Source: Phoronis australis | Lineage: Eukaryota > Animalia > Phoronida | Direction: 5' to 3' | Assembly: GCA_002633005.1 (NCBI GenBank) | Contig: NMRA01000147.1 | Span: 62,001 to 126,000, forward strand | Length of the DNA stretch: 64,000 bases | In this document: one piece after another, positions 22,686 through 32,510 of the stretch | Numbering within the stretch: the first letter of the stretch is position 1 | How the letters are laid out: each line of letters opens with the position of its first letter | The notes under the pieces: model-generated | The model's database searches: none | What the model saw: the letters and a program-made list of their open reading frames with translations, nothing else | What the model was told of the DNA's origin: nothing | Program-made: the position numbers and the translations under genes

Positions 22686-25600
22686 ATGGAAACTTCTTTG
22701 AAACGCCTGAAGTCAAAACGCGCCGCACAGAAAGGCCAAGTCACCACCCTGCTCAACCGCCTACACGAGCTACCGTCTTCGTCATCTGAAAGCAAACTTC
22801 TACTGGGCACCCTTAACACCAAGCTGAACACCATTCGTGAATTCAACGCTGCCATCCACGACCTTATCGATGAAGACAACGCAACCGAAGAAATGTTGGC
22901 CGATGAATCCTACATAACTGAAATAGAAATTGCCATCGCTCAACTCGAAGTTCACTCCGCACACCCGTCTCCACAACATGCCGTGATCACCGCACCCTCA
23001 ACTCAGGGAAATGTACGTCTACCCAAGCTGGAACTACCTCGCTTTTCTGGCGACCGATTGAACTTCCCCGCATTCTGGGACATGTTCTCCGCCACTATTG
23101 ACTCAAATCACCAGCTTCCAGTAATACAAAAACTTCAATATTTGTTTTCGGTAATAGATGGACCTGCCAAAGAAGTTATAAGCGGACTCACCCTCACGCC
23201 AGAAAATTATGTAACTGCAAAAGAACTTCTGACAGAACGTTACGGTTCAGTAAGTAAGATCAAAGCCGACATATTCCGTTCGCTCCAATCTCTGCCACAC
23301 TCATCCCAAGGAAACTTTGGACAATTTTACTCACACCTGGAAAAAGTCCTTCGCACTCTGGACTCAGTCGATCCTTATGGTAACAAGGACTTTCTTGTTA
23401 CCGTTGTGTTAGACAAGCTGCCTATCGAGATACAGCGCAACATAGCGCGCCACAACAATGGAACTTTAGAATGCGACCTAGCCACTCTGCGCGCATTTCT
23501 AAAAACGGAACGCGACATTATGGAGGCTGGTGACCACCATCGGAACCAGCTGTCCGCCAGTCCCAGTGATTCCTGTTCAACGGCTGCCTTCCAAACCAGC
23601 GCCAGACTGTACAAGACCAATCGTAAGTGCTTTTATTGTTCGGGGGACCACATACCCACTCACTGCCCCACACACATTTCTTATGATTCTCGCTTAATTA
23701 TAGTTAAGAAAAGGAAAGCGTGTTTCAATTGTCTAGGCAACCATAGAATAGCTGACTGCCAGTCCCGCAACACCTGTCGCCAATGCAATTCGAAACATCA
23801 CAGCAGTTTATGTCGAAAACCCAAAACAGAGAACCCTCAATCGCAAAGGTCATCCTCGACCAGTTTGCCACCAGTGACAAAAGTCGCTGCTGAACCCCAC
23901 TCTCCGCCGTTAACTCAAACCACGAGCCTACCCCCGCAACCTAGCGTCGACACTAACGTCACGCACATCACCTCACCTAATACCATGGTGCTGTTAAAAA
24001 CAGCTACGGCTCCTGTTAGCGATGGGCAATTCAACACCTGTTTGACCAACATCTTATTTGACGAAGGGGCTCAAAGATCATTCATTACCACTTCCCTCGC
24101 TTCTAATCTTGGCGTTCGGCCCACTCGCCAAGAGAAAATTCAAGTGACTACATTTGGGGCCCCTCAGCAATCAGACGCAAAAACCTATGATGTGACGACT
24201 GTCATTGTGCTTTCTCCTCAAGGTGAGCGCATACCCGTCGAAGTTGTCGTCGTCCCTCACGTCACGACCCCGCTATCTATGAACATGACAACCCTCAATC
24301 GCTGTAAGCACCTCAAGGGCCTCAGACTTGCCCACAACCCCACTCAAGATGGCTCCTTTCAAGTAAACATGCTCATTGGAGCCGATCATTATTGGAACTT
24401 TGTTTTAGACAAAGTCGTCCGCGGCGACGGACCAGTAGCCGTCAACTCAAAGTTAGGGTTCTTAATTTCGAGCCCTTTAACAACATCAGAGAAGTGTTTC
24501 CCTTCAACCTCTGTGCATTTTGTAGCAGCGCCGCCCATGAACTTAGAGAGATATTGGGAATTGGAATCAATTGGCATTAACCAAAACTCTACTCCTACCG
24601 ACGATGGCAAGCTCACCCCTTTCTACGAGGCCATCACCCAACTTAAGGACGGCCAGTATGAGGTGAAACTTCCGTGGAAACCAGACCACGGGGACCTCCC
24701 CTCCAACTATGGCGTTTCCTATGCACGCACACGCGCTATGGTCAAACGTTTAGACTCTGACACTCTATCTCACTGTGACCAAATTATCAAAAAACAATTG
24801 ACCGCTGGAATAATTGAGACAGCGTCGAGTGACCATAACGGTCATTTTATCCCACATCGACCGGTGATTCGACCTGACTCTAAAACTACACCTGTACGCT
24901 TGGTGTATGACTGCAGCTGTAAACCCGACCGTGCCAGACCATCCCTGAATGACTGTCTCCAAGTAGGCCCCTCACTAATAAATGACTTGTGCGCCATTCT
25001 GCTGAGATTTCGATTGCACAAAATTGGCCTATCTGCCGACCTCGAAAAGGCATTTCACCAAATCCAGGTACATGAATGTGATCGAGACTACCTTAAATTT
25101 CTATGGCTTTCAGACCCAAATGACCCTGACAGTGATTTTGTAACCTACCGATTTCGCACAGTACTGTTTGGTGCTGTATGCTCACCGTTTATTTTGAATG
25201 CGATAGTACGTTACCATCTTGACCGCTATGATAACGACCCCATTGCCTCAGACATCAAACGCAACTGCTATGTGGACAATATCATTACCAGCTGTCCTAC
25301 TGTTGACCATTCACAGAAATATTTTGACCGCAGTCGAGCCATCATGAAAGCAGCTGGTTTCAATTTGCGCTCTTGGGCTTCTTCGGACAAGACTGTTCGA
25401 GACACAGCTGTTAAGCATAAAGTTGCTGACAACTCTACCAGCGTGAAAGTACTGGGCATCAACTGGGACACTCAAGCAGACAGCGTTAATCTAATGAGCC
25501 ATGACCTTGATGATTCTAACCACTGTAACACGCACGTTTACACAAAACGAAATGTTGTCAGTTCGACAGCTAAGTTGTTTGATCCTCTAGGGCTTGTAAA

Positions 25601-27968
25601 CCCAGTGGCTGTTCGTGCCAAACTATTCATTCAAAAACTGTGGGCTGACAAGTGTGAGTGGGATGAACCCCTGTACAGTACATTGCATAACGAGTGGTCT
25701 GACATTGCAGGAGATCTTCAGAAGTGTTCTCAGATATCCCTTCCCAGGGAATATTTTCCTAGTAGTGATTGTGTTACTAATGTCAATGTGCATGTCTTCT
25801 GTGATGCTAGTGCCAAAGCATATGGTGCTGTAGTCTATCTACAATGTTTTGATCAGGCAACATTAATTATGTCTAAGTGTAGAGCATCACCCCTCAAGTG
25901 TAAGCGTACATTACCACAGTTGGAGCTACTAGCAGCTTTAATTGGCTCACGCCTACTTCAGTATACTATGTCCTCATTAGCAGATGTCATCTCAGTGGAC
26001 AGTGTATTTCTTTGGTCAGACAGCCAGATTACATTACACTGGCTACAGTCTAAGAAAAAACTGCCTGTATTTGTTCAAAACCGTGTAACTGAAATTCATG
26101 CCCTGACAACTCGTGCCAAATGGATGTACTGTCCAACGGATAGTAACCCTGCCGATCTTTTAACCAGGGGCATTGTTTTTGAAACTTTGAAACGATCACG
26201 CTTATGGTGGAACGGCCCCGACTGGCTTCCCAAACAACAATGGCCACCCCAATCACTACATTTGGACACTACCCCAGATGTTCTGGTCTTACCAGTAATA
26301 AATGACCCGCGTAGCAATCAACACCCCTCAGCCAACGTTCAACCTGGTGTCAGCCAAATCATGGACATCAACAGGTTCTCTACCCTTCGTCGATTGCTTC
26401 GTGTCACCGCATGGGTAAACAGGTTTGTCAACCGGTGCAAAGACCCAACCTCAGCCGTTTCCGAGACTCTAACCGCGCAAGAGCTCAATTCTGCGAAACG
26501 CCTGTGGATTTCGGCTACACAACATGAAATCTACCACATAAACATCGAAGACGTCATACAGGCCAAAAACAAAACGTCACTTGTCAAACAATTGAAGTTG
26601 TTTCTTCAAGATGGCCTATTACTCAGCGCAGGGAGAATACACAACGCCAACCTACCTGACCACACCAAGTTTCCCATCCTGTTGCCATCCGCCCACAAGT
26701 TCACAGAATTGGTCATCAAAGATGCACACGTCAGAACCCTCCACAGTGGTGTCAACATGACCAGCACATACTTACGTCAGCACTACTGGATTCCAAGAAT
26801 ACGCCAACGCGTAAAGGCTGTCATCCGACTGTGTGTACCATGTCGCAGAGTGACTGGTCAACCGTATCCTCAGCCAGCCACGCCCCCACTGCCTGCTGAC
26901 CGCGTGCGAGATGCACAACCTTTTGAGATCACAGGTGTCGATTACACTGGCCATCTGTTCGTCAAGAACCCTTCTGACAGCAACAACACAGCCTACGTAT
27001 GTTTGTTTACGTGTGCAATTACTCGAGCGATACATCTGGAGTTGGTCTCTGACTTAACTGTCACATCATTTATTCAAGCCTTTCGTCGCTTTGCCAGCCG
27101 ACGCTCCTTACCACGAGTTATGATTTCTGACAATGCCACAAATTTTGTTGGTGCTCCAGCAGACGTCAATGAATTGATCAAATCTGCTCAGATTCAAGAT
27201 TTCCTCGCAGATCAACACGTTACATGGAAATTCATTCCACGCCGCGCTCCATGGTTCGGTGGTTTTTGGGAACGTCTCGTTGGAATTACCAAGACCTGCT
27301 TAAAAAAGGTCCTCGGTCGTTCACAAGTGCCATTTGATGAACTTCGTACGATTCTCACTGAATGTGAATGTATCCTAAACGATCGACCCCTCACATTTGT
27401 ATCCGGGTCTGACGATGAACCTGAACCGCTATCTCCATCTCACATATTATACGGACGTAGACTCTCAGGTTTTCCCTTCCGCGACGTTCAAAATGACGAA
27501 CTCATTGACCCCAATTTCGACGCGACTACTGTACAATTGCAGTATACAAGGCGATCTGCTCTAATCAGTCATTTCTTTCGCCGTTGGCAACACGAATATT
27601 TAACTGCACTTCGTGAAAGACAACAACTCGTAACCCGACGTAACCATACTTTACCCATCAACATCGGCGACGTTGTTTTGGTTCACGACGACAAGCCACG
27701 TGTTTTATGGAAAATGGCTAGAGTGGAGCGACTCAATTACGGGCATGACGGATTCATTCGCTCTGCCGACATTCGTTCTCAGTCTGGCAGAACCAACCGT
27801 CCCGTGACTAAGCTCTACCCGCTCGAAACAAGTGTAGACTCCGTTCCGAATCCGCCACCTACCAACACTACAAATACCCCATCTAATTCAACCTTGCATC
27901 CTCCACGACCACAAAGACGGGCAGCTCTCCAAGCTCGTCACAATATCCGACGTTGGACCTCTGATTGA
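22686..27968 (+). CDS. BEL/Pao gag-pol polyprotein, 1760 aa, uninterrupted
   Basis: DUF1759-like gag (LPKLELPRFSGD...FWDMF); three Cys/His knuckles; protease LFDEGAQRSF; RT SLNDCLQVGP, ADLEKAF, YVDN; Pao RNase H FCDASAKAYG, NPADLLTRG; integrase HHCC, GVDY, SDNA, GGFWERLV; C-terminal RPVTKLYPLE. Confidence 0.95.
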   Translation: METSLKRLKSKRAAQKGQVTTLLNRLHELPSSSSESKLLLGTLNTKLNTIREFNAAIHDLIDEDNATEEMLADESYITEIEIAIAQLEVHSAHPSPQHAVITAPSTQGNVRLPKLELPRFSGDRLNFPAFWDMFSATIDSNHQLPVIQKLQYLFSVIDGPAKEVISGLTLTPENYVTAKELLTERYGSVSKIKADIFRSLQSLPHSSQGNFGQFYSHLEKVLRTLDSVDPYGNKDFLVTVVLDKLPIEIQRNIARHNNGTLECDLATLRAFLKTERDIMEAGDHHRNQLSASPSDSCSTAAFQTSARLYKTNRKCFYCSGDHIPTHCPTHISYDSRLIIVKKRKACFNCLGNHRIADCQSRNTCRQCNSKHHSSLCRKPKTENPQSQRSSSTSLPPVTKVAAEPHSPPLTQTTSLPPQPSVDTNVTHITSPNTMVLLKTATAPVSDGQFNTCLTNILFDEGAQRSFITTSLASNLGVRPTRQEKIQVTTFGAPQQSDAKTYDVTTVIVLSPQGERIPVEVVVVPHVTTPLSMNMTTLNRCKHLKGLRLAHNPTQDGSFQVNMLIGADHYWNFVLDKVVRGDGPVAVNSKLGFLISSPLTTSEKCFPSTSVHFVAAPPMNLERYWELESIGINQNSTPTDDGKLTPFYEAITQLKDGQYEVKLPWKPDHGDLPSNYGVSYARTRAMVKRLDSDTLSHCDQIIKKQLTAGIIETASSDHNGHFIPHRPVIRPDSKTTPVRLVYDCSCKPDRARPSLNDCLQVGPSLINDLCAILLRFRLHKIGLSADLEKAFHQIQVHECDRDYLKFLWLSDPNDPDSDFVTYRFRTVLFGAVCSPFILNAIVRYHLDRYDNDPIASDIKRNCYVDNIITSCPTVDHSQKYFDRSRAIMKAAGFNLRSWASSDKTVRDTAVKHKVADNSTSVKVLGINWDTQADSVNLMSHDLDDSNHCNTHVYTKRNVVSSTAKLFDPLGLVNPVAVRAKLFIQKLWADKCEWDEPLYSTLHNEWSDIAGDLQKCSQISLPREYFPSSDCVTNVNVHVFCDASAKAYGAVVYLQCFDQATLIMSKCRASPLKCKRTLPQLELLAALIGSRLLQYTMSSLADVISVDSVFLWSDSQITLHWLQSKKKLPVFVQNRVTEIHALTTRAKWMYCPTDSNPADLLTRGIVFETLKRSRLWWNGPDWLPKQQWPPQSLHLDTTPDVLVLPVINDPRSNQHPSANVQPGVSQIMDINRFSTLRRLLRVTAWVNRFVNRCKDPTSAVSETLTAQELNSAKRLWISATQHEIYHINIEDVIQAKNKTSLVKQLKLFLQDGLLLSAGRIHNANLPDHTKFPILLPSAHKFTELVIKDAHVRTLHSGVNMTSTYLRQHYWIPRIRQRVKAVIRLCVPCRRVTGQPYPQPATPPLPADRVRDAQPFEITGVDYTGHLFVKNPSDSNNTAYVCLFTCAITRAIHLELVSDLTVTSFIQAFRRFASRRSLPRVMISDNATNFVGAPADVNELIKSAQIQDFLADQHVTWKFIPRRAPWFGGFWERLVGITKTCLKKVLGRSQVPFDELRTILTECECILNDRPLTFVSGSDDEPEPLSPSHILYGRRLSGFPFRDVQNDELIDPNFDATTVQLQYTRRSALISHFFRRWQHEYLTALRERQQLVTRRNHTLPINIGDVVLVHDDKPRVLWKMARVERLNYGHDGFIRSADIRSQSGRTNRPVTKLYPLETSVDSVPNPPPTNTTNTPSNSTLHPPRPQRRAALQARHNIRRWTSD

Positions 27969-28132
27969 TTCGACCACATTATTTAGTTTTTCATACGTGC
28001 CCCTTTTTCACATGTTTATAGTACCAATTTCTTATTCTAGCATGTTTCTCGTTTTAGTTCTAGCATTGTTCATTGTACATGTATTTGAGTACTAGTTGTT
28101 TTTTAATTCCTCAACTTTGCGTGGGGGGAGGA

Positions 28133-28544
28133 TGTCGCAGAATGTGTTATTGTGTTTTTGGTTCATTACTTGTTTAGTTTAATCACCGTATTACATCACT
28201 TACTGTTGTTGTTTACTACCACTTTCTCCGCATGCAGAACATGAGTAATACTTCCTTTCCCAGAACTGTTTATCATCAGCATAGTGCATCCTTTATTTGT
28301 TCATTAATTTCATTGGTTAATTCGTGTTTCTCAGGTCTCTATATATATCACTTTCACCATATTTTAAGTAGTATCAGTAGCTTCAGTAGTATGAGTTGAT
28401 TAGTAGTTTGTTCTCCGCATTGAGAGTTGTTCTCATCATTCGTTGACAGTCTTCAATATACTAGTCAAGATTCATCTCGTGTTTCTTGCCTATACGAACC
28501 ACCTCGTACACAGCCAAACCGCAATTTCCAGTGTACTCCCCACA
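28133..28544 (+). repeat. BEL/Pao 3' LTR (412 bp)
   Basis: Direct repeat of 22204-22617, follows the PPT. Confidence 0.94.
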
Positions 28545-30046
28545 AAGATGACGATAAAGATGATGACGAAGATGACGAATATGACGACGATGGTAGCGAG
28601 AATGAACAAAAGAAGTAATAATAACATACACGTGACGAACGTAGAAGTCCGAAATCAGTAAGAAAAAGGCTACAGTCTTGGGCGACACTTGGCGATATTA
28701 ACGGAAAAGACAACGACGGAGATGATGACGAAGATGATGACGATGATGACGAATGTGATGATGGTGGTTGCGATGATGAACAACATCACAACATTCATAT
28801 GACGAACTTAGATGTCATAAATCAATAAGAAATAGGCTCAATCTAGTTCAATAGAAGATAAACCAAAATCAATGCAGCAAGAGCGCTCAAAAAAGGAACA
28901 GCGTTATCAGAAAATCTCAAATAACTCGAAAAGTAGACGTCCTAGCGAAAAATGGAAAACATCTTCTGAAAGCCCATTCAAAATTCTATCTAAACTGATG
29001 GTATCGTCTAATTCCGTAAATTTTTCGAAAAAAAATGAAATTTTGCGTTTTTTTAAGAAATTCAAAGTCAAATAACTCGAAAACGGTAAGTCTGAGAAAA
29101 AAATTGTTATAGTTCATTTGAAAGAGTATACCTTAGAGAATCCACATGCAAAAATTCACGTCATTTTCTTCTCTCGTTTAAATGGCACCTAAGTACGACT
29201 GAAAATAGGTCAACATGCGCCAGAACCGCCATCTTGAAAGCAACTTCCGGTTTTTTGGCTTTGTATAATAGCATGTCATAAGAAACTAATACTTGTAAAA
29301 ATTCGAAGGAATTGGTCCCATAATGCGCCCTCTACGGGAGAAAACGTTTTTAGCCCAAAATCGAGGTGCGCATGCGCGATCGCCGATATTTCCGCCATCT
29401 TTAACCGGAAGTAAACAATTTCCGGCATATATGTAATGCACATCCGGGCCATTCATTGTGCTGATTTTCAGCTCTGTACGTAAAAAATTGTAGCCTCCAG
29501 AAGCCTTTGAATCTTAAAATGAAAACAAAATGGCCGCCACAGCCGCCATCTTGGATCCGATTTTGACGAAAAACAATAGGCTTCCAGTACTTCCGGAAGT
29601 ACGTGTTATGTGTAAATTTCGTGATGATCGGACGAAAATTACGACCTGTATCGTGCGAACAAACAAAAAAAAACAAAAAAAAAACAAACTTAGTATCACA
29701 GCAATATACTTGGCGAAATTTATTTCGCCAAGTAATAATACTCACATAAAACGGAGATCTTAGCAGAATGAAAGATTACTGACAAAGACGAAGAAATTTC
29801 TTGAAGCAGATTGTTTAAGACAATACCCTGAAATGTGAAAGGGTACGCTGCAGTTGGCCAACGAACAAACTTTGAAGTGAAAAGGTGACCCCAGATAACA
29901 CGACCAATGAATAAACGCAATGTCGGTCAGCGACCCTATGACGCTGATGGCCGCATAGCAGGAGGAGTTCAACGAACAGGTAAGTAATTAAAGATCGCAG
30001 TACTCGGGGACAAAGAAGTGGGGAGTCTTACAGCACAGCTACGGGC

Positions 30047-31159
30047 CAGTGCTGTAGTTTTAAAATTAGAGGTAAGAAGGCGCCCAGGCAGTGGCGGATC
30101 TAGGATATCACAAGGGGAGGCCCAACACTTCGTCTGAAAACATTTGTGCAAAGCACGGTTAGATGCGCATAGCACCAAATGGGGAGAGGTCGCCCAAGAA
30201 AATTTTTCTGTTTTTCCTCTAAAAATCAAGCATTTTCCTTGATTCCTGAAGTATTATGCAAGAAAAAAGGCAAAGAAAAAAAAAACAGCAAAAGGTCACA
30301 GACTCGAACTCACGATCTGACGTTTAGTTCGCGCGTGCTTTACCAATGCACCACTGACGACTTCGCTCACGTTTTTGATAATAAGAGATCTAGTTGTTTA
30401 TGGTCCACAACGTTTGCGCGCGAAACCTACTTCTTTTTGTAATGCTTATTACACTTTTTATATTTTTGCAATCAGTTCGTAACAAATTTGTTGTATTTAA
30501 AATAGTTTTCAATTGCCCAAAAGACCAAATCCGTTTTTTGTGTTGGCATTAATGACGCGATTGCTTTGGAAATCGTCTTAAGTTAAGGTTTGACAAAGAG
30601 AAAATTATGAGTTTCTGAGTGATTCACTAAGGCTTCGAATAAAATTGACATCTTACCAGCAGCTTCTGTTTTTTCATCATCACTCAGATTCCATTTTCTT
30701 TAAAAAAAATGAAGTAATTTTCTTCATTTCACAGTGAAGCAGACGACGGAAACGGAGTCGTAGTGCGCAGAGCCGCGTCTGCCGGTCGCCTGGGATACCG
30801 CGGGAGAGCCTATACTTAGCCATAGTTTCGATCCGAATTTGACACTTGAAATTGGATCTGAGCCCCCCCCCCAAACACATTAAAACTGCACACATTTAAA
30901 TCTTGTTTCCGCCGTATAATGTTAATTTCCGGCCAGGTTAATTAATAACCTCAACATTTCCTTATGCTCTTGTTTTTTTATTTTTTGCGGCAGCCAAGGG
31001 GGGGGCGGGCCCCCTGGGTCCCCCCTAAATCCGCCTATGAAGCCCACCGTATAGCCTTGAGCACTGAACGTAAGTTACGGCACGTGTAGGCGCTACGTTA
31101 AATACCAAAAGGTGGTTGGCTGCGCCTATGTACGTGCGCCTAGCCCCACTACAGCACTG
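30047..31159. mobile_element. Second copy of the CAGTGCTGTAGT MITE (opposite orientation to 19297-19446), interrupted by a ~950-bp insertion
   Basis: 30047-30088 plus 31040-31159 align to the reverse complement of 19297-19446. Confidence 0.75.
30089..31039. mobile_element. Non-autonomous DNA element with CAGTGGCGGAT...ATCCGCCTATG termini
   Basis: Inverted termini; colinear homologous copy at 42021-43003; internal tRNA-like segment near 30300-30355. Confidence 0.8.
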
Positions 31160-31941
31160 TATGGCGGGGTCATAGCATAAACGCCGGGTCACACTGAACG
31201 GTGGTCCGAATTAGCAAATAGTGAACGCGAACCTATAGTACACCGAAAAAATTGACAACGACAAAATGCGTCTTTGCAGGTGCTCAAAATAATTAAATGT
31301 CGACAATAAACGCCACCCTTTTTCACGGGCTCCTCCAGCGAAGCATGATCTTGTGTGGTACAAATCTCCAAAGGAACCTCAAACGATACCACTGAGCAAC
31401 ATATAGGCTCTATACTGTTAGGCCTACTACATTAAAATCTTCTCTCATTTTTTCCATTTTTGGGTTAAATATTTAATTGCTGCTCAATGGTTTCAGTTAC
31501 ACACTGCTTCCTTTTGGATAACCTTGAGATTCGCATCACCGTGATACGGATCGATTTGACGCAGGACTAACATTCTTTCTCAGCTACAAGAATGTTAGAC
31601 CCAATGCGTAAGGTGTTTTTAGATCACCGATCTAAATCTATAATTACAGTCAGTACTAAAGTTAGCACGCTCGAAAAGAACGGACTCGGTAGCGAGCGGA
31701 TCAAAGTCGGCCAGATTACTCCGTGAGCTCAATGCGAAATTAAGGTTTGCCGCCGAGTCCGGGCTATTTTGCTCGCTCGTCCTAAATTATTTCTCCCACC
31801 GACTTCACGCTCTTGGCTAGTGCGGAGTTCTTCTTGCGCATTTCTTGCACTCATAGTTGTTGCTATTTCTGCATACTCACTGTTCACGCACTGTAATATT
31901 TTATGCCATAACACTGACTCCAGCCCTTCAACTGCTAACTC

Positions 31942-32510
31942 CTCGCTGGTTCCCTGCGTGCCGCTGGGTGGTCAGTACTGAGCCAGCACGCAGGTATCAC
32001 TCTTTAAGTTACAAAATTTTCCTCGGGAAATTTTTGTACACCGCGTTTGGCTATCTCAACAGGCAGCGCTTTATGCAAACAAATTGGCATGACTGTTTGA
32101 CTGAAGTGTAAATGTGGTCTGTTGTCAGAAAAATTGGTGCTTAAAATTTACGTTCGGGAAATGTGAATCCTACAAATTGTGGTTGCGCCTTTTCGATGAC
32201 TTTTGTTTCCGTTGCTGTCCTGTATTCATACAGTATGAATAACGCACCGGTTAAATCGGGCCAGATATGTGTTAATTGTACATGCATGTGCTTCAAGTAC
32301 GTGACTATTGAACATCACTGCAGAAACGAAATAGTTGCTGCGACGCCACTTGTATGACAAGGTTAAAAATCGTTCACAGTCCGCCATTTTTATGGTGTTG
32401 TAATTAAAGCTAGCCAATGACTGCTTAGATTACATCAACCAATGCTAAACCGCATGCCACTGCGTGACACCTGCGTGCTGGCTATAGGCACGTAGCCGGG
32501 AACCAGCGAG
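31942..32510. mobile_element. 569-bp MITE with 9-bp TSD (Mutator-like)
   Basis: TIRs CTCGCTGGTTCCC...agccagcacgcaggtatcac / gtgacacctgcgtgctggct...GGGAACCAGCGAG; perfect TSD TGCTAACTC at 31933-31941 and 32511-32519. Confidence 0.8.

Larger units (their letters stand above)
22204..28544 (+). mobile_element. Full-length intact BEL/Pao LTR retrotransposon
   Basis: TG...CA LTRs at 22204-22617 and 28133-28544; TSD AAGAT (22199-22203, 28545-28549); PBS at 22621; PPT ggggggagga (28123-28132); single long ORF. Confidence 0.96.
22151..29740 (-). mobile_element. Non-autonomous Helentron-type (HINE-like) element interrupted by the BEL/Pao retrotransposon
   Basis: 13-bp inverted repeat tacttggcgaaat-tt-atttcgccaagta (29707-29734) with an adjacent (caaa)-rich tract; matching subTIR cttggcgaaat (22180-22190) and hairpin gctcc-ga-ggagc (22164-22175). 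An internal repeat unit (cttggcgaaattaacc...gatgacga...) is split by the BEL and recurs intact near 28688-28845. Confidence 0.7.

Noticed and set aside
28427-28780. Acidic Asp-rich short ORFs after the BEL 3' LTR
   Set aside because: They come from a (GAT/GAC)n tract of the host HINE; no splice or domain support
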